From NCBI GenBank assembly GCA_034004765.1, contig JAVEWB010000050.1, positions 1 through 10,526 of the forward strand: DNA of 10,526 nucleotides, written 5' to 3'. This DNA comes from Anaerolineae bacterium. GTDB lineage: Bacteria > Chloroflexota > Anaerolineae > B4-G1 > SLSP01. Shown piece by piece: positions 1 to 6,885 of this stretch. A program made the position numbers and the translations under genes. The notes under the pieces are model-generated. The model was given only the letters and a program-made list of their open reading frames with translations, did no database searches and was not told where the DNA came from. Every line of letters starts with the position of its first letter. The stretch's first letter is position 1.

Positions 1-46
1 ATCCAGGGGGTAGAAACACTTGCCCCCTGGATCATCTTTTATTTAG
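1..46. terminator. Window-edge hairpin with T-rich tail at clpP 3' end
   Basis: ATCCAGGGGG-(12-nt loop)-CCCCCTGGAT is a perfect 10-bp stem at 1..32, followed on the plus strand by catcTTTTaTTT at 33..46. It directly abuts the clpP stop at 39..41. It could terminate an upstream plus-strand gene and/or act as a clpP-clpX intercistronic structure on the minus strand. Confidence 0.35.
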
Positions 47-647
47 ACTCTTCCTGTTTCTCTTTCTTGGTGGACTCCAAAACTCTATCCACGATGCCGT
101 ATTCTGCAGCCTGGTCTCCCGTCATAAAGAAATCCCGGTCGGTGAATTTCTGGATCTGCTCTTCACTCAGACCGGTATGTTTCAGCAAGAGCTGGTTGAG
201 CAAAGCACGCATCCGCAGGATTTCTTTGGCAGCAATCTCGATATCGGCAGCCTGCCCCTGAACTCCTCCCAAGGGTTGATGCATATGGATCGTGGCATGA
301 GGGAGTGCATACCGGCGGCCCGGGGTTCCTGCAGCCAGCAAGACGGTGGCCATGCTGGCGGTCATCCCAACCGCAATGGTCGAGACGGGCGCATTGAGCA
401 GTTGCAGCGTATCGTAAATGGCCAGACCGGCGGCAATCTCTCCGCCGGGGGAGTGAAGATAGAGAGAAATCTCTCGTTCCGGGTCTTCGCGGTCCAGAAA
501 AAGCAGTTGGGCAACGATAAGGTTAGCAACTTGGGCATTGATAGGAGTGCCCAAAAAGACGATGCGCTCTTTCAAAAGCAGGGAGTAGATATCGTAGGCG
601 CGCTCCCCGCGTCCGTTGCTCTCGATGACCATTGGGACTAATCCCAT
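39..647 (-). CDS. clpP: ATP-dependent Clp protease proteolytic subunit ClpP
   Basis: The 202-aa protein aligns with ClpP end to end ([40 protein letters not shown], catalytic Ser in GMTASMA, His in HMHQPLGG). A GGAGG SD lies 5 nt upstream of the ATG at 645..647. It sits directly downstream of tig in the conserved tig-clpP order. Confidence 0.95.
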   Translation of the reverse strand: MGLVPMVIESNGRGERAYDIYSLLLKERIVFLGTPINAQVANLIVAQLLFLDREDPEREISLYLHSPGGEIAAGLAIYDTLQLLNAPVSTIAVGMTASMATVLLAAGTPGRRYALPHATIHMHQPLGGVQGQAADIEIAAKEILRMRALLNQLLLKHTGLSEEQIQKFTDRDFFMTGDQAAEYGIVDRVLESTKKEKQEESK

Positions 648-680
648 GATGTCCTCCTCTTTTTAAGCCCCTCGATGCCC

Positions 681-2033
681 TTAAGCCGCCGGATCGGATG
701 CAGCCGTCTCACCAGCTTCCGGCGAGACCTCCTCCATAGGCAGTCCCTGAGCCAGGCGCGCCATCTTATCAATCGCCTTCTTGGTGATCAAATTAAGGCG
801 CAGGTCTACTGCAAGGTTGGACTTCGGGTCGAAGCGTTCTAAAGCACTGAAATCTGTGATATTCGCGTCTTTAAGGAGCTCTTTCAATTCTGCCTTGACC
901 TCTTCATCGGTCACGACGACATTGGTCAAAATAGCGAACTCACTGAGCACCAACCCCTCTTTGATGCTCTTGATCGCTTCCGGACGCAACTCTTCCCGAA
1001 CTTGCTCTTCTGTCTTGCCCTGCAGGCGCAGGAAATCCGACCACTCCAGGTTGTAGCGGCGCTTGATATTCTGCTTTGCCTGCTCGACCAACGCATCGAG
1101 CCGTTCCTCTTCCATGACCGCCGGGTACTTGATCTCCGCACGCTGGGTCAGCTCCGCAAGGACGGCAGTCCGATAGGCATCCTGCGCCTCGGCCTCTTTG
1201 TAATCCAGCATCTGTTTGTGGAGGTCGGTCTTCATCGCCTCTAACGTGGCGAAGGGGCCCACCGTGCTCGCCAATGCATCATCAAGGTCAGGTAAGGTGC
1301 GTTCAGAGACCGCGTTGACCTCAACAGTGAACGTCGCTTCCTCCCCCTGCAAGTCCTCATCCTCGAAATTGTCGGGCAGGGTCAGCGTGAACTGCTTTTG
1401 CTCACCCTTAGACAGCCCTACAATCGCCTCGCTGAAGCCGGGCACAACAGAGGGCTGATCCGCATCCAAGGCAATCTTCACCTCATGATCGTGGAAGAAC
1501 ACTTCGTCCTTGGCCTCGCCATGAATCGATTCGAAACTGACTTCGTCGCCCAACTTCGCCGGGCGATCGACCGGCTGAACAACCGCGTTCTGATTCCGAA
1601 CGTGATCCAGGGCTGCCGCAAGTTCCTGCTCCGTGACCTCAACCGCGCCAAAGGGCTTACGCAAAGTCTCGTAATCACCTAACACAATGGTGGGTTGAAG
1701 TGGAACCCGGATCTTGAAGGTCATAGGCGACAGGGTGAGATCCTCCAGTTGCCCCTGTGAATAGGGGTCGATCTCTGCCTGCTCAATAACCTGCGGGTAA
1801 ATTTCGTCCAGGATGACTTCTGCCGCTTCCTGGCGCACCGCGCTATCGCCAAACATCTGAAGCACGAGAGAATAAGGGGCCTTTCCCTTGCGGAAACCGG
1901 GGATATTGGCCTCCATTGAGATATGATGAGCCGCCTTTTTCATCCCTTCGGCAACGGTCTCATCCGCAACTTGCACCGTAATCAGAGCCTCATGGCTCTC
2001 GAGGAACTCTTTCTTCAATTCGAACACCGGCAT
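681..2033 (-). CDS. tig: Trigger factor (ribosome-associated peptidyl-prolyl isomerase chaperone)
   Basis: The 450-aa protein has the diagnostic ribosome-binding signature GFRKGKAP near residue 46. Length and domain order fit trigger factor. A GGAGGGAG SD sits at the start, and the stop is only 33 nt from clpP. Confidence 0.93.
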   Translation of the reverse strand: MPVFELKKEFLESHEALITVQVADETVAEGMKKAAHHISMEANIPGFRKGKAPYSLVLQMFGDSAVRQEAAEVILDEIYPQVIEQAEIDPYSQGQLEDLTLSPMTFKIRVPLQPTIVLGDYETLRKPFGAVEVTEQELAAALDHVRNQNAVVQPVDRPAKLGDEVSFESIHGEAKDEVFFHDHEVKIALDADQPSVVPGFSEAIVGLSKGEQKQFTLTLPDNFEDEDLQGEEATFTVEVNAVSERTLPDLDDALASTVGPFATLEAMKTDLHKQMLDYKEAEAQDAYRTAVLAELTQRAEIKYPAVMEEERLDALVEQAKQNIKRRYNLEWSDFLRLQGKTEEQVREELRPEAIKSIKEGLVLSEFAILTNVVVTDEEVKAELKELLKDANITDFSALERFDPKSNLAVDLRLNLITKKAIDKMARLAQGLPMEEVSPEAGETAASDPAA

Positions 2034-2059
2034 CTCCCTCCATTACATAAATCGACGCA

Positions 2060-2070
2060 ATTATAGCACA
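2060..2070 (-). promoter_or_regulatory. Putative extended -10 promoter for tig (TGcTATAAT on minus strand)
   Basis: The reverse complement of 2060..2070 reads gTGcTATAAT, a perfect -10 hexamer with an upstream TGn extension. It lies about 27 nt upstream of the tig ATG. No good -35 is present, which an extended -10 does not require. Confidence 0.45.
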
Positions 2071-2128
2071 GTCTTGCGTAAAGACCAGATAATTTGTGAT
2101 TGAATTTTTTAGAAAAGAAAACGGGTAT

Positions 2129-2157
2129 TTGACAAATCACTCTTGTAATGTTACAAT
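2129..2157 (+). promoter_or_regulatory. Near-consensus sigma70 promoter upstream of the sufR-like gene
   Basis: TTGACA (2129..2134), a 17-nt spacer, then TACAAT (2152..2157), with TG at -15/-14 (2149..2150) giving an extended -10. It lies about 100 nt upstream of the ATG at 2258. The element is overlapped by nested ACAA/TTGT inverted repeats (see findings). Confidence 0.6.
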
Positions 2158-2257
2158 GGTATTGTTTAATTTAATTAGAGAAATAGGGTTTATCTTATCC
2201 CAACAAGCAGGTGCGCGCGCCGCAGCGGCTCACGCTCTGGAGTAGAGGGTAGCGAAG

Positions 2258-2884
2258 ATGCAAGATACACGCCAACAAATTTTGGAAATCATGAAACGTC
2301 GTGGCGAAGTCACCGTCCAGGAACTCAGCCGTGAACTCAAGCTCACCAGCGTCACGGTAAGGCATCACCTTGAAATCCTGCGCTCGGAAGGCTACATCAC
2401 CGATCCTGAGATCCGCCGTTCAAGCCGACCGGGACGCCCACGCTATATCTATCGCCTCACCTCCACGGCAGCAGACCTCTTTCCCAATAACTACAGCGGC
2501 CTGGCCGCAGCTTTATTGGAATCGTTCCAGACAACTATCGATCCGGCGAAGCAGCGCCAGTTGTTGGAGGAAACGGCACACCGCTTGAGCGCGGGAGCCG
2601 GAGACCTCCCTGAAGAGCCCGAGAAGCGGATGGACGCTATCATCGGCTACCTCAAGAAGCTGGGGTTTGTGGGCCGTTGGGAAAAGACCGCCGACAAGGA
2701 CTATCGCCTCTACATCTGCAACTGCCCTTACCACTATGTCGCTCAGACACATCCCGAGACTTGCGTGATTGACGAGGTGCTGCTGCGCGACCTTGTGGGA
2801 ACGGAGATACAACGCATCCAGGGCTACGCCAGGGACGGCGCCATCTGCGGCTACGAAATCACCTGGCCCAAGGGACGGGCCTGA
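2258..2884 (+). CDS. sufR: SufR-like [Fe-S]-cluster-sensing transcriptional regulator (ArsR/DeoR-type winged HTH plus C-terminal Cys ligands)
   Basis: The N-terminal wHTH (ILEIMKRRGEVTVQELSRELKLTSVTVRHHLEILRSEGYI) is followed by a GRPRYIYRLT wing. The C-terminal domain carries Cys156, Cys169 and Cys197 (C-X12-C-X27-C, plus Cys154). As recalled, this spacing and the surrounding motifs (NCxY...PxxCxxDExLL...CGYEI) match SufR family regulators that bind a [4Fe-4S] cluster. Family assignment is from memory, not from a search. Confidence 0.6.
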   Translation: MQDTRQQILEIMKRRGEVTVQELSRELKLTSVTVRHHLEILRSEGYITDPEIRRSSRPGRPRYIYRLTSTAADLFPNNYSGLAAALLESFQTTIDPAKQRQLLEETAHRLSAGAGDLPEEPEKRMDAIIGYLKKLGFVGRWEKTADKDYRLYICNCPYHYVAQTHPETCVIDEVLLRDLVGTEIQRIQGYARDGAICGYEITWPKGRA

Positions 2885-2915
2885 GGCGATTCCCCAAAGA
2901 GACCTTTTTTTAGCT

Positions 2916-2948
2916 AAAAAGCGGCGCATGATCTATGCGCCGCTTTTT
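2916..2948. terminator. Bidirectional rho-independent terminator between convergent sufR-like gene and parB
   Basis: AAAAA-GCGGCGCAT-(gatct)-ATGCGCCGC-TTTTT forms a perfect 9-bp GC-rich stem with a 5-nt loop. It is flanked by an A-tract on one side and a T-tract on the other (plus TTTTTTT at 2905..2911), so it reads as a hairpin followed by U-run on both strands. Confidence 0.75.
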
Positions 2949-2963
2949 GATGGGTGATGCTGC

Positions 2964-3824
2964 CTAAAGCTCCTCACCGGTCAGCCGCTGGTACAGTGAC
3001 TGAAATTCTTCATCCGAGTAATAGTAGATGACCAGCCGCCCGCCTTTCTGTGCTGTGTGATGGAGGCGCACCCGGGTTCCCAAAGATTCTTGAAAGCGCT
3101 CCTCAAGCGCATGCACCTCAGGCTGCGGCTTGGGCTTGACCCGGGGCGCTACTTTCTGGCCGTCGTGGAGCTTCTGCACCAGCGTTTCCGTCTGGCGAAC
3201 GTTAAGCCCTTGTGCCAGGACAATCTGCAGAGCCGCTTGCTGCTCCTCCGGCAGATCCAGCCCTAAAAGGGCGCGGGCGTGCCCCTCGGAAATCTTTTCT
3301 TCCATCAGCGCCGTTTGGACATCCGGCGCGGCCTGGAGAAGGCGCAGCGTGTTGGTGATCGCCACCCGGCTCTTCCCCACGCGCCGGGCGATGTCACTCT
3401 GAGAGAGGTGAAACTCATCGGCCAACTGCTTGTAAGCAATAGCCTCTTCCAGCGCGTTGAGGTCGGCGCGCTGGACGTTCTCGACCAACGCCAGCTCCAG
3501 CATCTGCTGCGGTGCTACTTCTTTGATGAGGACCGGGATTTTCGCAAGACCTGCCAGCCGCGAAGCACGCCAGCGGCGCTCTCCGGCAATGAGCTGATAT
3601 CCCCCTTCCGGGCGCTGGGTGACCAACAGCGGCTGAATCACCCCGTGCTCCTGGATGGAGGCGGCCAACTCAACCAACTCTTGATCGCGGAAGGGCATCC
3701 GGGGCTGATGAGGATTGGGCACAATTTCATCCAATGGAATTTCAGTAATCCCGGCGGCCTCCACAGCAGCCCCCGCAGGGATCAGGGATTCCAATCCACG
3801 GCCTAGCCCACGTTTATTGCTCAT
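2964..3824 (-). CDS. parB: Chromosome partitioning protein ParB/Spo0J (CTP-dependent parS-binding)
   Basis: All the hallmark ParB motifs are present: KRGLGRGLESL at the N-terminus, Box I VPNPHQPR, Box II/CTP motif LIAGERRWRAS, the HTH SQSDIARRVGKSRVAITNTLRLL, and a C-terminal dimerisation segment. The start is assigned to the ATG at 3822..3824 (AAGGAAA SD about 9 nt upstream). The in-frame TTG at 3851 has no SD. Confidence 0.9.
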   Translation of the reverse strand: MSNKRGLGRGLESLIPAGAAVEAAGITEIPLDEIVPNPHQPRMPFRDQELVELAASIQEHGVIQPLLVTQRPEGGYQLIAGERRWRASRLAGLAKIPVLIKEVAPQQMLELALVENVQRADLNALEEAIAYKQLADEFHLSQSDIARRVGKSRVAITNTLRLLQAAPDVQTALMEEKISEGHARALLGLDLPEEQQAALQIVLAQGLNVRQTETLVQKLHDGQKVAPRVKPKPQPEVHALEERFQESLGTRVRLHHTAQKGGRLVIYYYSDEEFQSLYQRLTGEEL

Positions 3825-3895
3825 AATTTCGGTTTCCTTAAAGCTCCGCAAGATGATGTGATCAAGTGATTGCCGGAGAAAACCTGGCTGTATTT

Positions 3896-3923
3896 AGTAT
3901 ACATCATCTTAAAGGGATGCCAA
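3896..3923 (-). promoter_or_regulatory. Putative parB promoter (TTGGCA-16-TATACT on minus strand)
   Basis: On the minus strand, TTGGCA (complement of 3918..3923) is followed by a 16-nt spacer and TATACT (complement of 3896..3901) with TG directly upstream. It lies between the flotillin terminator and the parB start. Confidence 0.4.
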
Positions 3924-3938
3924 GATTAAGAAAAAGAG

Positions 3939-3969
3939 TTTTGGGGTGCGACAAAGCCGCACCCCAAAA
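3939..3969 (-). terminator. Rho-independent terminator downstream of the flotillin gene
   Basis: TTTT-GGGGTGCG-(acaaagc)-CGCACCCC-AAAA forms a 12-bp stem including the A/T flanks, with a 7-nt loop. On the minus strand the hairpin is followed by A4 then CUCUUUUUCUU. It lies about 85 nt past the flotillin stop at 4051. Confidence 0.6.
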
Positions 3970-4050
3970 CTGCGGCGTACTCCTCGCCCTTACGCCTGTT
4001 TCAGCAGGAGCAGCAGGAAACTGGCCGGGCAGTTACGTTCTGCCGGCGGG

Positions 4051-5502
4051 TTATGCAGCAGGCGCGTCTTTGACTTCGTCCACAGGCATATCTTTGGCTT
4101 CGCCCGCAGGCGCGTCCTTGACTTCAGCCGCATGCACGTCTTCGACTTTATCCGCGCGTACAGCCAGCGCATCGGGCAGCGTCATCCCGGCCATCTCGAA
4201 CAGGTTTTGAAGCGGCGGCAGCGATTGCAACATCCCAGAAAGGAAGCGGGCAGTAGTGGGTGTCCCATCTGCCGTGCCGGAATCCCAGACCGTGACCTTG
4301 TCAATCTTCAGGTTCTTGATCGCTTCGACCTGGGTGTTGACCAGTTCGGGCAGCTTGTCGGTAATCATCAACATCGCGGCTTGCGTGGGATTGCCGCCCG
4401 CCGCCCGAACGAGCGATGTGAGGCCCTCGGCCTGCTTGACGAGCAGTTCTCGTTGGCCGCGTGCCTGTGCTTCGAGCTTGGCGTAGAGCGCATCTGCAGC
4501 GCCCTTCGCCTCACGGCGGGTGCGCTCGGCCACAGCCTCGGCCTCAATCTCGGCGCGCTGTTTGGCGATCTCGGCAGCCACGATGATATCGGCCTGCTGT
4601 GTGGCGCGCTCGCGCTCGGCGCGCTGCGCTTCGGCCACCCGCTCGGCCTGGTAGGCTTCTTCGAGCGCTTTGGCGGCCTGCACCTTCTCGGCGGCGATTC
4701 CCCGGCGGCTGGCTTCGGCCTCACGCTCGCGGCGGAGCGAGTCGGAGTTGGCAACGGTAACGCGAGCGGTGTTCTCGCCTTCCACGGCGGTCGCGTTGGC
4801 CGCGGCGACCCGGATGCGCTGTTCCCGCTCGGCATCAGCCTTGCCGATCTCGCCGTCGCGGTTGTTCTCAGCTACCGATTTTTTCGCTTCGTTGACGGCG
4901 CGGGAAGCGGCCTCACGGCCCAGCGACTCGATGTAGCCAGATTCGTCCTTGATGTCCTTGACGTTAACGTTGATGAGGCGCAGGCCGATTTTCTTCAGTT
5001 CTACTTCGACGCCGTTGGTGATCTTGTCCACAAACTTATCGCGGTTGGAGATAATCTCTTCGATATCCATCGTCGCGACGACCACGCGCGTCTGCCCGAA
5101 GATGATGTCCTCGGCAACGCGGCGCACTTCGTCGCGTTTCAGACCGAGCAGACGCTCCGCTGCATTCTCCATCACGCCCTGCTCGGTAGAGATGCCGACG
5201 GTAAAGGTGGAAGGCACGTCGATGCGGATGTTCTGCTGCGAGAGCGCGCCCACCAGGTCGATATCCAGGGTAATCGGCGTCAGGTCGAGGTATTGAAAAT
5301 CCTGCACTACCGGCATGACAAACGCAGCGCCGCCATGCAGACAGCGTGAGGAACGCCGTCCATCTTTGCCCGGCCCTACGTTACCGTAGATGACGAGAAT
5401 GTGATCAGGGGGGCAGCGGCGGAAGCGGCTCAAGAAGAAGATGGCCAGGGCAGCGATCACAATGATAAACGCCAGGATAAGAAACAAAACTTCAAGTCCC
5501 AT
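4051..5502 (-). CDS. SPFH/band-7 flotillin-like protein (YqiK/FloT family)
   Basis: The 483-aa protein has an N-terminal TM helix (LFLILAFIIVIAALAIFFL), an SPFH domain, and a long Ala/Glu/Arg-rich coiled-coil (EA repeats). Overall architecture matches E. coli YqiK. An AGGAGG SD lies 8 nt upstream of the ATG. Confidence 0.88.
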   Translation of the reverse strand: MGLEVLFLILAFIIVIAALAIFFLSRFRRCPPDHILVIYGNVGPGKDGRRSSRCLHGGAAFVMPVVQDFQYLDLTPITLDIDLVGALSQQNIRIDVPSTFTVGISTEQGVMENAAERLLGLKRDEVRRVAEDIIFGQTRVVVATMDIEEIISNRDKFVDKITNGVEVELKKIGLRLINVNVKDIKDESGYIESLGREAASRAVNEAKKSVAENNRDGEIGKADAEREQRIRVAAANATAVEGENTARVTVANSDSLRREREAEASRRGIAAEKVQAAKALEEAYQAERVAEAQRAERERATQQADIIVAAEIAKQRAEIEAEAVAERTRREAKGAADALYAKLEAQARGQRELLVKQAEGLTSLVRAAGGNPTQAAMLMITDKLPELVNTQVEAIKNLKIDKVTVWDSGTADGTPTTARFLSGMLQSLPPLQNLFEMAGMTLPDALAVRADKVEDVHAAEVKDAPAGEAKDMPVDEVKDAPAA

Positions 5503-5568
5503 AGTTAGCCTCCTGTTAGTGAAAGTTAGCTCTCAACTGCGGGGGCTGACGCCCCCAACGGTCGGAGT

Positions 5569-6123
5569 TTACATGCGATAGGGATCTTTATCCGATAAGT
5601 AGGCCAGCAGCGCGCCCTGTTGGGGATGTTCCCAGAGCCACGCACGGATTTCTTTGATCCGTGCGTAGTCCTCGGCACCAAAACGTTCCATATACAGCTC
5701 TTCAAGGCATTGCCGCGCTTCTTGTTCGCGGATGTCTTCTTGCCAGAAGTCCCCGAAAAATTCATGGATACGGTCATGCGTGCCCTGCGATTTGAGATAC
5801 TCCCATTCATTGCGGTCAAACCAGACGCCCTGACAACTGCTACACCGATCCAGGTAGAATTTTACATTCGGCCAGACTTTGTAGCGCCGCAAGAGATGTC
5901 CACACTCAGGGCAAATCTTGGCCTGTCCGACAGTTTCGATCGGGAGCGACACCTCGGCAGCGTCAAGCAAGGCCTGCTCGACAGCGTCGCGGGTTTGCAC
6001 CCATTTCCAATACTCGGTGGCTGAAATCCAGATGCCTTCGCAGCGCGTACAGCGCCGCCCGATCAAATGATCCTCGAGGTCTTGCTGCTGGAAACTGGCG
6101 CGTTTGCAAACCGGACAATCCAT
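5569..6123 (-). CDS. Tandem zf-TFIIB-type zinc-ribbon domain protein with C-terminal helical domain (function unknown)
   Basis: The start is assigned to the internal ATG at 6121..6123 (MDCPVCK...), which is preceded by GGGAGGAG with 9-nt spacing. The product is 184 aa. There are two copies of CPxC-x(15-18)-CxxCxG(I/V)W(I/F)...EW/YW (CPVCK..CTRCEGIWIS and CPECGH..CSSCQGVWFDRNEWEYL). An acidic/aromatic C-terminal region of about 80 aa follows. Confidence 0.7.
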   Translation of the reverse strand: MDCPVCKRASFQQQDLEDHLIGRRCTRCEGIWISATEYWKWVQTRDAVEQALLDAAEVSLPIETVGQAKICPECGHLLRRYKVWPNVKFYLDRCSSCQGVWFDRNEWEYLKSQGTHDRIHEFFGDFWQEDIREQEARQCLEELYMERFGAEDYARIKEIRAWLWEHPQQGALLAYLSDKDPYRM

Positions 6124-6180
6124 AGGTATTTCTCCTCCCAAAATAGTGAATGGGAACCCGGGGCTGGATGACCTCAACCC

Positions 6181-6786
6181 CTAATCCTCTTTTAATGATT
6201 GAACTAAAAGCACATTGGCTTCAATGACTTGTACAACAGAGATATGGATGCCGGTGGGCAGGGTCTCCGGAGCATCGGTGACAGCAGGCAATTCACGCAG
6301 CCGCCCCTGAATGACGACCTGCACCTGTCCCATGCCGCTGCGCTGCGGGGGGATGGGTAGATAGACCGTCCCGGTCTTCCCGGCTGCGCTGTCCAGAGTA
6401 ATATTGCCGGAATCGGTCAGCCGGAACATCTGCCGCATCAGCCAGAAGACGGTGAACATAAACACGCTGCCGGCAATAAATGCGCCGAAGGCGACCAGTA
6501 GGGGGTGCCCATGCATCCCTGCCAGGACTACACCGCCCCAGCCGAAGCCCATCAGAAACGCCAGGATGGTACGGACAGAGAGCAGACCCAGGCCCGTGTC
6601 GCCCCCATCAAACGCGGCGTCGTCTAGTGCTTCCAGCGTATCCGAGAGACCTTCCATACCCAGATCCTCGTCGGAAAGACCGATGAGGTTGAGGATGATT
6701 TGGACGATCAGAACCACCGAAGATGTAATCGCAATCGTGTAGAAAATTTGCTGCATCAGGCTCAAACTAAGCCACCAAGTTCCCAT
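6181..6786 (-). CDS. YqiJ/NfeD-like membrane protein (flotillin-associated, OB-fold C-terminus)
   Basis: The 201-aa protein has an N-terminal hydrophobic segment, an acidic stretch (LSDEDLGMEGLSDTLEALDDAAFDGGD), and two further TM segments. The C-terminus is an NfeD-type beta-rich domain (GKTGTVYLPIP..GMGQVQVVIQGRLRELPAV..GIHISVVQVIEANVLLVQ). The pattern parallels E. coli YqiJ and B. subtilis YuaF. It lies directly upstream of the flotillin operon partner, and an AAGGGGG SD precedes the ATG. Confidence 0.72.
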   Translation of the reverse strand: MGTWWLSLSLMQQIFYTIAITSSVVLIVQIILNLIGLSDEDLGMEGLSDTLEALDDAAFDGGDTGLGLLSVRTILAFLMGFGWGGVVLAGMHGHPLLVAFGAFIAGSVFMFTVFWLMRQMFRLTDSGNITLDSAAGKTGTVYLPIPPQRSGMGQVQVVIQGRLRELPAVTDAPETLPTGIHISVVQVIEANVLLVQSLKED

Positions 6787-6885
6787 TTGGACCCCCTTGG
6801 TAATAGCAAATACGAAACAACTTTTCCCTCAATCTTTCTCTTAAAGGATAGCGCGATTTGCACTTTAGGCAAGTCACGCCGGCAG

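Noticed and set aside
781-1682. Several 66-94-aa ORFs on both strands inside tig (781..1056, 926..1141, 1002..1244, 1216..1458, 1398..1682, 1478..1678)
   Set aside because: All are embedded in the trigger factor CDS in alternative frames. No independent evidence supports them.
3408-3414. GTGAAAC half of a parS-like site inside parB
   Set aside because: Only one half-site is present. The upstream partner TGTTTCAC is absent (the sequence is gagagag). This is not a functional 16-bp parS palindrome.
3849-3851. TTG start giving a 9-aa N-terminal extension (MRSFKETEI) on ParB
   Set aside because: No SD precedes the TTG. The downstream ATG at 3824 has an AAGGAAA SD and gives the canonical MSNKRGLGRGL ParB N-terminus.
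4368-4835. 155-aa Pro/Arg/Ser-rich minus-strand ORF
   Set aside because: Out-of-frame overlap with the flotillin coiled-coil region. It is low-complexity and typical of a spurious GC-rich frame.
3946-5349. 467-aa plus-strand ORF antisense to the flotillin gene (also 4256..4486, 4670..4936, 4949..5296)
   Set aside because: It lies fully inside and opposite the clear SPFH/flotillin CDS. The long open frame is an artefact of the GC-rich, GCG/GAG-repeat (Ala/Glu coiled-coil) coding sequence. It has no SD and no recognisable domain.
5541-5556. Short GC hairpin GGGGGC-tgac-GCCCCC between zinc-ribbon gene and flotillin gene
   Set aside because: It has only a 6-bp stem with no U-tract. It may be a minor intercistronic structure but is too weak to call as a feature. 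The overlapping 97-aa ORF (5526..5819) is spurious.
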